A stretch of DNA of 64,000 nt. Source: Patescibacteria group bacterium (GTDB lineage Bacteria > Patescibacteriota > Patescibacteriia > 2-12-FULL-60-25). Below the pieces are notes generated by a model. It searched no databases and was not told the origin of the DNA. It saw only the letters and a list, made by a program, of their open reading frames with translations. Shown piece after piece: positions 16,527 to 26,109 of the stretch. Position 1 is the first letter of the stretch. Every line of letters begins with the position of its first letter. Position numbers and translations under genes: made by a program. The DNA lies in NCBI GenBank assembly GCA_041752935.1, contig JBGSVN010000024.1, positions 32,262 through 96,261 on the forward strand, given 5' to 3'.

Positions 16527-18023
16527 TTAGAAGGGGGCGTTGGGAGGGAGGGTGGCTGTGATGGGTGTATTAGGGTCGAAATTAACCGGAGGTAATTGAG
16601 CCGGGGACATGGGCGGGGCCATGGTTGGTCTGTTGGGCACGGGTTGTAAGCCGGCTGGACCTTCAGGTTGCCGGGTGAAATTACGGAAACTGGCGCGCGT
16701 GTCGTCAAAAAATAGTTTGACTACACCGGTGGGGCCGTTGCGATGTTTTGAGATGTGAATTTCCGCCGTATGGCGCTCTTCGGGCGACAAATCATCCAAG
16801 CGGTAATTCTTATCAGCCGCCTTGCGGTAGATGAAAAGCACGACGTCCGCATCTTGTTCAATGGAACCTGATTCACGCAAGTGAGAAAGTTTGGGGATGG
16901 CGGGCTTTGACAGTTCAACCGCGCGCGCGAGCTGTGACAAGGCCAGTACCGGAACGTTGAGTTCGCGGGCAATGGATTTTAAACCACGGGTTATCTCGGC
17001 TACTTCTTGGACGCGGTTATCAGTTCCACCTCCGCGCGATTCCATTAGCTGTAAGTAGTCGATAATGATAAAGCCCAGGCCGTGTTCCATCTGCAGACGC
17101 CGGGCCTTGGTGCGGATTTCCACTATGTTGGCATTGGCTGAATCATCAATGTAAATAGGGGCTTCGGACAGGGTGCCAATAGCATGTCCGATGCGTGAGA
17201 AATCGTCATTATCTCCTTGATCGGATAGTTTCCCGGTGCGCATTTTCCACAAATCCACATTGGCTTCGGCGCAAATCAAACGGTCCACCACTTGCTCTTT
17301 GCTCATTTCCAGCGAGAAGTAACCGACCGGGGTTTTGTGCTTAATGGCCGTATGGCGCATAAAGTCCAAAGACAGCGAGGTTTTACCGCAAGACGGACGG
17401 GCGGCTAAAATTACCAGGTCGCTTTTTTGCATACCGCCCAATTTGGCATCCAGATCCGCGAAACCCGTGGGCACGCCTCTGATTTTGCCTTTTTCGCGGT
17501 GGATTTCATCAATGCGATCAAAGGCATTATCTAAAATGGAAACAATGGGCGTGAAGGCGGTTTTTAAATAGTTTTGGGAGACACTGAAAAGTTTTTGTTC
17601 AGCCAAGTCAAGCACCTTTTCCACGTCTTCCGCCTGTTCAAAACCCAGGGCTGTAATATCTTGAGCCGCATGGATCAGCCTCCTAAGCGTGGCTTTTTTC
17701 TGGACAATGCGCGCGTAACTGGCTACGTGGCTGGAAGTTGGCACCGTGTTTGACAGTTGAATCAAATAAGCCCGGCCTCCAATGGATTCAATCAGGTCTC
17801 GTTCGCCCAGTCTGTTGGAGACGGATAATATATCGATTGGCTCGTGTTTACGATACAGGTCAGACATGGCCTTAAAGATCTCGCGGTGCTTATCCGCATA
17901 AAAATCTTCGACCGTGGTAATATCGCCGACCTTGATCATGGCATCTTTATCAATCAATAAAGAGCCCAAGAGGGACATTTCAGCCTCCAAGTTTTGGGGC
18001 ACCAGTTTTTCATCTAATGACAT
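16527..18023 (-). CDS. dnaB: replicative DNA helicase DnaB with a Pro-rich C-terminal tail
   Basis: PQNLEAEMSLLGSLL, Walker A ARPSCGKTS, IIIDYLQLM and RELNVPVLALSQLAR. The last ~55 aa are P-rich and low-complexity. Confidence 0.93.
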   Translation of the reverse strand: MSLDEKLVPQNLEAEMSLLGSLLIDKDAMIKVGDITTVEDFYADKHREIFKAMSDLYRKHEPIDILSVSNRLGERDLIESIGGRAYLIQLSNTVPTSSHVASYARIVQKKATLRRLIHAAQDITALGFEQAEDVEKVLDLAEQKLFSVSQNYLKTAFTPIVSILDNAFDRIDEIHREKGKIRGVPTGFADLDAKLGGMQKSDLVILAARPSCGKTSLSLDFMRHTAIKHKTPVGYFSLEMSKEQVVDRLICAEANVDLWKMRTGKLSDQGDNDDFSRIGHAIGTLSEAPIYIDDSANANIVEIRTKARRLQMEHGLGFIIIDYLQLMESRGGGTDNRVQEVAEITRGLKSIARELNVPVLALSQLARAVELSKPAIPKLSHLRESGSIEQDADVVLFIYRKAADKNYRLDDLSPEERHTAEIHISKHRNGPTGVVKLFFDDTRASFRNFTRQPEGPAGLQPVPNRPTMAPPMSPAQLPPVNFDPNTPITATLPPNAPF

Positions 18024-18089
18024 AAGGCGAAATTACACGGTCGAGCATCATATGAGAAGAAGACAATCTCCGTATGGACTGTGGATAAC

Positions 18090-18200
18090 TTTGATTTAAC
18101 GTACCTAGCGTCCTCTCACGTCCATAACGTACATAACGTCCTACGTCGCTCGTCCCACGGGGTGTCGTTCGCGAACGACTACCCCACGTCCTACGTCAGG
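18090..18200 (-). promoter_or_regulatory. promoter/regulatory module copy D (minus orientation, upstream of dnaB)
   Basis: The rc of ACGTGAGAGGACG lies at 18099-18111. The rc of GACGTAGGACG lies at 18127-18137 and 18187-18197. Confidence 0.5.
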
Positions 18201-18215
18201 GATATGCCCACCATC

Positions 18216-18242
18216 GTCATCCTGAATTCATTTCAGGATCTC
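18216..18242. repeat. palindromic repeat family 1, copy 4 (rc orientation)
   Basis: GTCATCCTGAATTCATTTCAGGATCTC. Confidence 0.85.
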
Positions 18243-18358
18243 ATTACTAAATCATTAAACCAAAACCATGTCATTGCGAGTGGAGTGAATGCGAACGTGG
18301 TACGGGTCGCCTCAGGCGACCGAACTCCGTGCCGCGGCAATCTATTAATAACCCTTGT

Positions 18359-18385
18359 GTCATCCTGAATTCATTTCAGGATCTC
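18359..18385. repeat. palindromic repeat family 1, copy 5 (rc orientation)
   Basis: GTCATCCTGAATTCATTTCAGGATCTC. Confidence 0.85.
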
Positions 18386-18418
18386 AAAACTCGAGTTCTA
18401 TCCACCCGTTTGTCATGC

Positions 18419-18449
18419 AGGAATCCAGTTTTTAAGTCACTGGATTCCT
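18419..18449. repeat. palindromic repeat family 2, copy 2
   Basis: AGGAATCCAGTTTTTAAGTCACTGGATTCCT. Confidence 0.8.
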
Positions 18450-18530
18450 TTTCCAAGGGAATGACGAAGTAGCAATTATGTCATTATCATCGGGATAGCG
18501 CATAACTTGTAATCAAGAATTGCTACAAGT

Positions 18531-18564
18531 TACATGATACATGCTGCATGTAATATGTTATAAT
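18531..18564 (+). promoter_or_regulatory. promoter/regulatory module copy E (TACATGATACATGCTGCATGT + extended -10 TGTTATAAT)
   Basis: The ACATGCT(A/G)CATGT box is followed by TGTTATAAT at 18556-18564, 7 nt before ATG 18572. Confidence 0.5.
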
Positions 18565-18571
18565 ATTAAAA

Positions 18572-19702
18572 ATGAAACAAAATTCCAAGTTCATTAATAT
18601 TGCTTTTAATTTGGTCGGGACGATTATTGGAGCCGGTGTTTTTGGTTTGCCGGCTGTTATGGCGCGTACCGGACTGGTGGGTGGAACCTTATTGTTTTTT
18701 GGAATTTTATCGCTGACCATTTGTCTGCACTTAATGTACACGCAAGTGGTAGTGATGGATCCGGTCAAAAGGCGTTTGGCCGGTTATGCCGGGCATTGGG
18801 TTGGCGCGTGGGCTTATTGGTTGTCGTTAGCCTCATTTTTCTTTAAGAATACGGGCGCTTTATTAGCCTATATCATTTTAGCCGGCGAATTTTTAGCCGT
18901 CATCATGCATGGTTTGGGTTGGTATGACGCGGTGTGGTTTTGGCAAGTTAGTTTTTGGATGTTGGGTGCGTTCATCGTGTTTTTTGGATTGCGTATCGTT
19001 ACCCAGATTGAGAGCGAGCTGACTTGGCTTTTAATTGGAGCCATGATTTTTACGATTTTGGTCTTGGTTCCGTTTTTAGGTTGGACCAATCTTGGCTCTT
19101 GGCAACCTTCGGGTTTTTGGACGGCTTTCGGGGTTATGTTTTTCAGCACCACGGCCATGACCGTTATTCCAGATGCGTCTGATATTGCTAATCGCCAGAA
19201 AAAAGTTTTAAGAAGCGGGGTGGTTTGGGGTACAATTATAGCAGGGGTGTTGTCTTGGGCCTTTGGATTGTCTATCGCTTTAGTTTATCCGGATATACAA
19301 GGCGCTATGGATATCTATAAAGCCTTCCCGCCAGTTTTTTGGTGGCTGATACCCGTGATTGGCGTTTTGGCAGTCAGTACTTCGTTTATCACTATGAGCC
19401 AAGCGTCAAAAAATTTATTACATTTGGATTTAAAAATTAAGCCGGGCAACGCCTGGCTGATCGCTATCGTCGCGCCCATGGTCATGTATCTGTTTACGGC
19501 TAGAGATTTTTTGTCTACCATTGGGTTTGTAGGAGGTATCTTTACGGTTGTTAACGGAATTTTTGTTAGTTTGTGCGCCTGGAACATCATGCGTATGAAA
19601 GATCAAAAAATATCATGGGTGTGGCGTTATTCTCCATTGCCTTTAATGTTGGTGTTAATTATCGTGTTTTTGCAACAACTTATCGCGTATGCGAATATAT
19701 AA
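18572..19702 (+). CDS. amino-acid permease-like membrane protein (Aa_trans / Trp-Tyr permease-like)
   Basis: FNLVGTIIGAGVFGLPAVMARTG at the N-terminus and about 11 TM helices. Confidence 0.55.
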   Translation: MKQNSKFINIAFNLVGTIIGAGVFGLPAVMARTGLVGGTLLFFGILSLTICLHLMYTQVVVMDPVKRRLAGYAGHWVGAWAYWLSLASFFFKNTGALLAYIILAGEFLAVIMHGLGWYDAVWFWQVSFWMLGAFIVFFGLRIVTQIESELTWLLIGAMIFTILVLVPFLGWTNLGSWQPSGFWTAFGVMFFSTTAMTVIPDASDIANRQKKVLRSGVVWGTIIAGVLSWAFGLSIALVYPDIQGAMDIYKAFPPVFWWLIPVIGVLAVSTSFITMSQASKNLLHLDLKIKPGNAWLIAIVAPMVMYLFTARDFLSTIGFVGGIFTVVNGIFVSLCAWNIMRMKDQKISWVWRYSPLPLMLVLIIVFLQQLIAYANI

Positions 19703-19705
19703 ATT

Positions 19706-20122
19706 ATGAAATACTTACCCTATATCTACATTCCCATGATCAAATGGCTGGCCAGCATGACGATGATTATGGTTGTTTTTGGTTATATTTTTCCCAATCC
19801 GTTTAAGTCGTGGATAGAGTTGATTATGGGCCTGTCCATTTCATTGGTTGTGGCCATGGTTTTTGCTTATTGGGCTTTGCGCAAAGCCATACCGCACGGC
19901 AAAGATTTGGCCATCTTCGTGGTTTTGTGGTTGGTTATGACCACACTTATGGAAATGATGCTGAGCTATTACAGTTATTTCAGTCCTTTATTTACGGTTT
20001 TACGTTATGAATTTGCCATGCAGTTATTTGTGGAAGTAATTGGTATTTTAGCCTTGGTCTTGGTTTTACGCCGTCACCAGGCATATAGCAAATTAGCTGA
20101 AGGTATCAACTTAGAGAGTTGA
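19706..20122 (+). CDS. small integral membrane protein, unknown function
   Basis: 138 aa with 4 hydrophobic helices. It starts 3 nt after the upstream stop. Confidence 0.55.
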   Translation: MKYLPYIYIPMIKWLASMTMIMVVFGYIFPNPFKSWIELIMGLSISLVVAMVFAYWALRKAIPHGKDLAIFVVLWLVMTTLMEMMLSYYSYFSPLFTVLRYEFAMQLFVEVIGILALVLVLRRHQAYSKLAEGINLES

Positions 20123-20959
20123 AGTCTGAATTCTGTATGCCTTGACCACGTTTTGCATTAAAAGCGCGACGGTCATCGGGCCTACGCCTCCTGGCACGGG
20201 AGAAAACCAACCATCCATATCCGCACAGCTTTGGCTGTCAAAATCACCTCGGACTTTATTATCAGGGGTTTTGTTAATGCCCACGTCTATCACGCAAGCT
20301 CCGGGTTTTAGACCGTTGCTGGTTAAAAAGTTCAATTGTCCGACAGCTACAATGATAATATCCGCTTGCCTCAATTTTTGGTCGTCTTTTTCTTTGGACA
20401 GCATGACCTCTACCGTGGCTCCGGCTTTTTCCAAGATATATTTCAGGGGATCAGCAAAAGTGTGTGAGTTGGCCAAAATAATGGCTAGCGCGTGATTGGG
20501 CTCTAAAGTGGTGGCAGCCATTAAACGCAATATGCCCTCGTGCAAAGGCGAGAGGAGCCTGGCCTGGCCCGTGTATAAATCCGTAATATGTTGCGGGTGA
20601 AAGCCGTCCACGTCTTTTTTGGGGTCCATGGTTTGGATAATTGAATCCGCGTCATGTTCCTGTGGCAGGGGCATCTGGATGAGTATGCCATGGATATTCC
20701 TGTCCACATTCCAGAGCTTGATGATCTTTTTAATTTCTTCGTCCGGAGTCAGGCTCGGCAATCTTCTAACATCTGTTTGGATGCCAATGTCGTGAGCCGC
20801 TTTTTCTTTAAGAGAAACGTAAATATGCGAAGCCTGATCATCACCCACCAATAAAACGCCCAGCTTGGGTTTCATTTGCTTGTCACTGATTTCAGTCTTT
20901 AAATCATCCAGGATTTGGTCGGCAATTTTTTTGCCCGGTATTTTTTGCATGGCTTCCAA
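20111..20959 (-). CDS. folD: bifunctional methylenetetrahydrofolate dehydrogenase/cyclohydrolase FolD
   Basis: LGVLLVGDDQASHIYVSLKEKA, HGILIQMPLP and PVPGGVGPMTVALLMQN. The start is either TTG 20959 or ATG 20950. Confidence 0.92.
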   Translation of the reverse strand: MEAMQKIPGKKIADQILDDLKTEISDKQMKPKLGVLLVGDDQASHIYVSLKEKAAHDIGIQTDVRRLPSLTPDEEIKKIIKLWNVDRNIHGILIQMPLPQEHDADSIIQTMDPKKDVDGFHPQHITDLYTGQARLLSPLHEGILRLMAATTLEPNHALAIILANSHTFADPLKYILEKAGATVEVMLSKEKDDQKLRQADIIIVAVGQLNFLTSNGLKPGACVIDVGINKTPDNKVRGDFDSQSCADMDGWFSPVPGGVGPMTVALLMQNVVKAYRIQTSTL

Positions 20960-20995
20960 GATACTTGTTTTTCGCTGTCTTGTCCATGGTTCGAG

Positions 20996-22327
20996 TTAGG
21001 AGTCCAAGCCTGGTATGGGGAATTTTTGGCAGAGATTTTCTACCTCTTGTCTTTTCTCTTGGTACCAGTTATCAGTCTTTAGACTTACTCGAAAATCTTT
21101 GAGTAATTGTTTGCGAGTATCCTTCTCCTCCGGAAGCTTGAAATTGCTGATATGATCAGATAATTGTTTTATCCATTCGGCTATTTGTTGCATTTCAGCT
21201 TCGCTCATGCCTCTGGTGGTTATGGCCGGCGTGCCGATTCTTAACCCGCTGGGATAGAAAGGAGAACTTGGGTCGCTGGGCACGGTGTTTTTATTGGTAT
21301 ATATGCCCATACGTTCCAAACCTTCGTGAAAAAAGACGCCGCGTCCGGTACCACTGGGCGTTAAATCCATTAATATTAAATGATTATCCGTACCATCACT
21401 AACTAGTTTAAAATCTCTTTGTTGTAATTCTTTGGCTAATATTTTGGCATTAGTCACCACTTTTTTGGCGTAATCCTGAAATTCGAGTTTGGAATCTTCC
21501 AGTAGAGCCACGCCTATACCGGCGATGGTATTTAAATGTGGTCCGCCTTGAAGCCCGGGTATGAGGGTTTTGTCGATTTTTTGTGGCAGTTCCTCGTCTT
21601 TAGCCAAACCTTTTTCTGTTACCATAATCATAGCTCCCCTAGGCCCGCGTAAAGTTTTGTGAGTTGTTGTCATGACCAAATGAACATAGGGTACTGGAGA
21701 TTCGTGTGCGCCACCGGCTATCAGCCCCGCGATATGCGAAACATCAGCTAAAAGATAAGCACCCACCTCGTCCGCAATTTCAGCAAATTCCGCGAAAGGA
21801 ATGGCGCGCGGAATGGCTGTACCACCGCAAATAATAATCTTGGGTTTTTGCTCCCTGGCTAATCTTTTTACTTCATCCATGTCAATCGCACCCTCCGGAG
21901 TCATGTGATAAGGAATACTGGTCCAGAATTTTGAAGTCATGGAAAATTTCCAGCCATGCGTCAAATGTCCACCGTCCAATAGATTTAGACCCATCATTTT
22001 TTCACCTGGCTCAAGCAAAGCACTCAAGATTACCAAATTGGCCGGAGAGCCTGAATAAGGTTGCACATTAGCATAAGGTACACCGAACAATTGTTTTGCC
22101 CTATCTTGCACCATGCTTTCTACCTTGTCCGAAAACTCATTGCCCGCATAATATCTTTTACCAGGGTAGCCTTCAGCATATTTATCGCTTAAAACACTCG
22201 ATAATGCTTGAAGTACGGCCTGCGATGTATGATTTTCCGACGGGATGAGCGTTAATCCTTTTTGCTGCCTTTGCTCTTCGCCTTGTAATAATTCCCACAT
22301 TTGAGGGTCTAATTGCTGGAGTTTCAT
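20996..22327 (-). CDS. glyA: serine hydroxymethyltransferase GlyA
   Basis: LIPSENHTS, YAEGYPGKRYY and VMTTTHKTLRGPRG (PLP-lysine motif). Confidence 0.95.
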   Translation of the reverse strand: MKLQQLDPQMWELLQGEEQRQQKGLTLIPSENHTSQAVLQALSSVLSDKYAEGYPGKRYYAGNEFSDKVESMVQDRAKQLFGVPYANVQPYSGSPANLVILSALLEPGEKMMGLNLLDGGHLTHGWKFSMTSKFWTSIPYHMTPEGAIDMDEVKRLAREQKPKIIICGGTAIPRAIPFAEFAEIADEVGAYLLADVSHIAGLIAGGAHESPVPYVHLVMTTTHKTLRGPRGAMIMVTEKGLAKDEELPQKIDKTLIPGLQGGPHLNTIAGIGVALLEDSKLEFQDYAKKVVTNAKILAKELQQRDFKLVSDGTDNHLILMDLTPSGTGRGVFFHEGLERMGIYTNKNTVPSDPSSPFYPSGLRIGTPAITTRGMSEAEMQQIAEWIKQLSDHISNFKLPEEKDTRKQLLKDFRVSLKTDNWYQEKRQEVENLCQKFPIPGLDS

Positions 22328-22445
22328 ATTAAAAGAAAGCTTACTCTAATCGTTTCCAACTGTGTAGTGTTGACAGACTCAATAATCTGCAGTAACCTAG
22401 GCGTTCGTTCTTTGTTACTCGTCTTTTACTGGCGCGGGAGGCGAG

Positions 22446-22991
22446 ATGCTGCAGGTGAAACAAGAGGCGGTGGTGCAGACTTGGGCGGATGAGGTATGGA
22501 ACTGGAAGAATTGGTTTCCATTGGGCTTCGTCTTATTTACGCTGCTCTTGCTTGGGGAAACGGTTCGCGATTTGTTTGGGTACGGGGTCATGGATTTTTT
22601 GAAAGAGACCTTCTTAACGCTCGCGGTCTTTACACTTGGGCTTAGCTTGGCCGTGGTCATTGTGGGCTCAGGGCTTCGTTCCTTGCTCGGTGCTTGGAAA
22701 CCGGTCTTGATTTTGCTGGCCATTGTCTGTTCGCCCTTATCCGCCTTCGAGGTTTACGCTCATTACGAGATGAGCCATGCTTTGGCGCCTCTTAAGCTGA
22801 ACTTTGCGCAGAGAGCTGAAAGTGGTTTGCACCAGATGACTAGCGGACCTCCCAAGTTCAACGATCTGTTGATTGAGCGCGACGCCCTGCTGAATGAATA
22901 TTGCTACTTCAGGCTTGGCGGCTGGCGCGAAAGAGGCGAGCAGGTTGATCTGACGGCCGTCTATGTGTTTACAGCTTGCATCGAAAGATGA
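22446..22991 (+). CDS. orphan membrane protein, unknown function (GC-rich single-gene cassette)
   Basis: 181 aa with 4 hydrophobic helices. TTGACA-17-TAACCT lies upstream (~22372-22400) and a GGCGC-TTTGAG-GCGCC+T6 terminator lies downstream (~23012-23034). Confidence 0.5.
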   Translation: MLQVKQEAVVQTWADEVWNWKNWFPLGFVLFTLLLLGETVRDLFGYGVMDFLKETFLTLAVFTLGLSLAVVIVGSGLRSLLGAWKPVLILLAIVCSPLSAFEVYAHYEMSHALAPLKLNFAQRAESGLHQMTSGPPKFNDLLIERDALLNEYCYFRLGGWRERGEQVDLTAVYVFTACIER

Positions 22992-23079
22992 GCTGGAAAA
23001 CGCTCTTTACTTGGCGCTTTGAGGCGCCTTTTTTATTACTACTGGCTGGCTTGGTTATTTTCGGCTAAACTTGTGGGAT

Positions 23080-23601
23080 ATGATGGGAGAAAGAATTTTT
23101 TTAGACCGCGGTTCGAGCGTGGAAAAGAAAGAAGAGCCCTTAGAAAAGGCCGCTTCTTATCTTTATGGTTATTTAAAAGCCAATAAAACAGTTGAGGAAT
23201 GGAATAAGATGCTGGGTTATGTGGAGCAAGATGATTATGATAGCCGTGGCCAGAGCCGGCAGGCTAAGGCTGTTCATAAGGCCGAGCGACAAGCTTTGCT
23301 TGAAGAAGTTCAGCTTAAAAAGAATCCTTTGGAAGTCGAGCGTCAAATAAAAGCCATGATGAGTGATTTTGCTCCAAGGCTGGAAAAATATGGCCAGAGC
23401 CAGGATGATTTTTATGAAGAATCGGATAACTATACTGGGCTATTGGTTGAATTACTCAAAAAGCACGATCAGGATTTGGATGAGTTTGCGGTATCCATGA
23501 TTTGGAAAAATCTGGCGGATTTGTTTATAGAAAAAGGTATGCCCGAATTAGGGCGCGCCATTTCACAAGTGGCTAACAGATGGTTCGAGGAGGCTGCTTA
23601 A
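23080..23601 (+). CDS. hypothetical soluble protein
   Basis: Uninterrupted ~173-aa ORF with host-like composition and no recognisable motif. The start is ambiguous (TTG 23071, ATG 23080 or ATG 23083). Confidence 0.5.
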   Translation: MMGERIFLDRGSSVEKKEEPLEKAASYLYGYLKANKTVEEWNKMLGYVEQDDYDSRGQSRQAKAVHKAERQALLEEVQLKKNPLEVERQIKAMMSDFAPRLEKYGQSQDDFYEESDNYTGLLVELLKKHDQDLDEFAVSMIWKNLADLFIEKGMPELGRAISQVANRWFEEAA

Positions 23602-23606
23602 AAAAT

Positions 23607-25037
23607 ATGTTGAATATTAAAAGTCTAAAACGCGTGCATTTAGTGGGCATTGGCGGAATTAATATGTCGGCCGTGGCAAAATTGCTGTTGCATCAGGGTT
23701 TTGTGGTAACCGGTTCAGATGTTAAACAAACCGAAATAACCGATGAGGTGCAAGCCAAAGGGGCTCAAGTTTTTATCGGACCACACGACGAAAGAAATGT
23801 GCCGGTTGATTGCCAGCTGGTTATCCATACTTCAGCCGCACCCGAAGATAATCCGGAAAGAGTGGTGGCCAAGAATCGTCATTTGCCGGATTTATCCAAT
23901 TTTGAATGGCTGGGCGAGTGGTTTAAAGAAAATAAAGTCGTCTTGGTTACAGGTACGCACGGAAAGAGTACGACTACCGGTCTTTTGGCCGCCATGTGTA
24001 TTCTTGGCGGTTTGGATCCCACGGTCATCATCGGCAGCAAGATGCCTGACTGGCCGGAGGGTAATCTGCGTTTAGGTGAATCGGACTTGGTTATTCTGGA
24101 GGGAGATGAATATGCCAAGCATTTTTTAAACTTTCATGCCGCGGCTTTAATCATTAATAATATTGAGCTGGATCATGTGGATGTGTTTAAAAATATTGAT
24201 GACATGAGGCATACTTTTGAGAGGCTTTTACGTCAGACTAAAACCGGTGCGGCTGTGATTTATAATGCGGACTACGAGCAGGCGGTTAGAGCTGTGGAAT
24301 CGATTAAATTGCATCCAGTGAACGGGTTGGGTTTTGTTCGTAATCAGAAGGCAGAACAGGTTGGACACGTCATGCAGGCTGTTTATGAGTATCGTAGAGA
24401 GGGAGAAGTGACCAAGATTGTGTTAAAGCATAAAGATACGGAGCTGAATTTGGAGTCAAAGCTCTTTGGGGCATATAACGTTCAAAATACAGTGGCGGCC
24501 GCACTTATGGCGCGTGAGTTGGGTGTGGCGGATGAGTTTATCGTTAAAGCCGCTCAAGAGTTTACTGGTATTTGGAGGCGCATGGAATTGATTGGTGAAC
24601 AAAATGGAGTGCCTATATATTCGGATTACGGTCATCATCCCACAGCTGTCAGATCGGCACTCGATGGTTTGCGGGAGGCTTTTCCGGATAAAAGATTAGT
24701 CTTGTGCTTCCAACCTCACCATAAAAACAGAACTAAGGAATTGTTTAATGATTTTGTGACTTGTTTTGACCGAGCCGATGTTTTGATTTTATGTGAAATA
24801 TACGACGTGGCCGGCAGGAATGCGAAAGAAGATGAGAGTATGAGTTCCAAGCTGTTATTGCAAGAGATTCAAAAAAGAGAGGTGGCCAGACCCTTGGTTC
24901 AGATTGAGTATGCCCCTGATCCTGAGTCCGCCATAGATCGGACACTGGCTTTATTACAACCCGGAGACGTGGTCGTGGTTATGGGAGCCGGTGACATTGA
25001 TGAAGCGCTTAGGATCCAAATAAAAAATCAAAAATAA
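23607..25037 (+). CDS. murC: UDP-N-acetylmuramate--L-alanine ligase MurC
   Basis: VHLVGIGGINMSAVAKLL and VTGTHGKSTTTGLLA (P-loop) in the Mur ligase layout. ATG 23607 matches the conserved N-terminus. Confidence 0.92.
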   Translation: MLNIKSLKRVHLVGIGGINMSAVAKLLLHQGFVVTGSDVKQTEITDEVQAKGAQVFIGPHDERNVPVDCQLVIHTSAAPEDNPERVVAKNRHLPDLSNFEWLGEWFKENKVVLVTGTHGKSTTTGLLAAMCILGGLDPTVIIGSKMPDWPEGNLRLGESDLVILEGDEYAKHFLNFHAAALIINNIELDHVDVFKNIDDMRHTFERLLRQTKTGAAVIYNADYEQAVRAVESIKLHPVNGLGFVRNQKAEQVGHVMQAVYEYRREGEVTKIVLKHKDTELNLESKLFGAYNVQNTVAAALMARELGVADEFIVKAAQEFTGIWRRMELIGEQNGVPIYSDYGHHPTAVRSALDGLREAFPDKRLVLCFQPHHKNRTKELFNDFVTCFDRADVLILCEIYDVAGRNAKEDESMSSKLLLQEIQKREVARPLVQIEYAPDPESAIDRTLALLQPGDVVVVMGAGDIDEALRIQIKNQK

Positions 25038-25099
25038 AAAATATAAATTATGGAGTCGTATTCTTATTCTTCTTGTCCGGATAATTTTTAATTATAGTT

Positions 25100-26074
25100 A
25101 TGTTGTCTGAAGTAATTTTAGAGTTTAAAAAACAGTTCCCATCAATTCTTGAGAATGAGCTTTTGAGTAAGCGCACCAATTTACGTATCGGGGGTAAGGC
25201 AGCCTTGTTTTTTTCAGCGTCTGCCCAGGGGGATCTGGTAAAAGCCGTGTCTTTGGCTCGCAGCCAGGATGTTGCTTGGACTGTGCTCGGCGGAGGGTCC
25301 AATGTTTTGGTTTCGGATGATGGATTTGATGGTTTGGTTATTCAGCCGGCCTTTAGGGAGATTAAGTTGCGACAGCAGACAGTGACCGCGGAAGCCGGAG
25401 CTATCACTTCGAGTGTGGCCAGGCAAACGGCTGAAGCCGGCTTATCCGGTTTGGAATGGGCGGTAGGTATTCCGGGGACCATAGGGGGCGCGATTTTCGG
25501 CAATGCTGGCTGTTACGGCGGTGAAATAAAAGATAATTTGGTGTCTGTGGATTGTTTGCGCATATCAGATCTCAAATCAGTGGTCTATCCGGCCGCTGAT
25601 TGTGAAATGGGCTATCGCACCAGCCGTTTTAAACGCGAACCGCACGTCATCTTGAGGGCTACCTTTAAGCTGACGCCCGGGGAGCCGGAAAAATCAAAAC
25701 AGCGCATGGAAGAGATTATGCGTTTACGTAAAGAAAAACAGCCGCTGGAACATGGCAGCGCGGGTTGCATGTTTAAAAATTTTGTTTTTAAGGATGTGGA
25801 AGAGTTGGATCGCCTCAAACAAGATGTCAAGAATATTCCGGCCGAGATGCTGGAACGTAAGTCAATTTCAGCTGGTTGGCTGGTCGAGCAGGCAGGTTTA
25901 CTGGGTGAAAAGATAGGCGACGCGCAGGTCAGCGAAAAACATGGTAATTTTATAGTGAATTTGGGACAGGCTAGAGCGCAGGATATTTTGATGCTGACCA
26001 GTAAAATCAAAATGAAGATTCGTGATGAATACAATATCATGCTGGAGGATGAAGTTCAGCTTATGGGTTTTTGA
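25100..26074 (+). CDS. murB: UDP-N-acetylenolpyruvoylglucosamine reductase MurB
   Basis: TNLRIGGKAALF, VLGGGSNVLVSDDGF, GIPGTIGGAIFGNAGCYG and GSAGCMFKN. Confidence 0.92.
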   Translation: MLSEVILEFKKQFPSILENELLSKRTNLRIGGKAALFFSASAQGDLVKAVSLARSQDVAWTVLGGGSNVLVSDDGFDGLVIQPAFREIKLRQQTVTAEAGAITSSVARQTAEAGLSGLEWAVGIPGTIGGAIFGNAGCYGGEIKDNLVSVDCLRISDLKSVVYPAADCEMGYRTSRFKREPHVILRATFKLTPGEPEKSKQRMEEIMRLRKEKQPLEHGSAGCMFKNFVFKDVEELDRLKQDVKNIPAEMLERKSISAGWLVEQAGLLGEKIGDAQVSEKHGNFIVNLGQARAQDILMLTSKIKMKIRDEYNIMLEDEVQLMGF

Positions 26075-26109
26075 CTGTTTATGACGGGTCAAGTACGCTA
26101 TTAGTATCA

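Noticed and set aside
7678-18449. Repeated palindromes as a possible CRISPR array
   Set aside because: The copies are irregularly spaced (0.1 to 8.5 kb apart), occur in both orientations, belong to several unrelated families, and are not separated by unique ~30-bp spacers. No cas genes are present.
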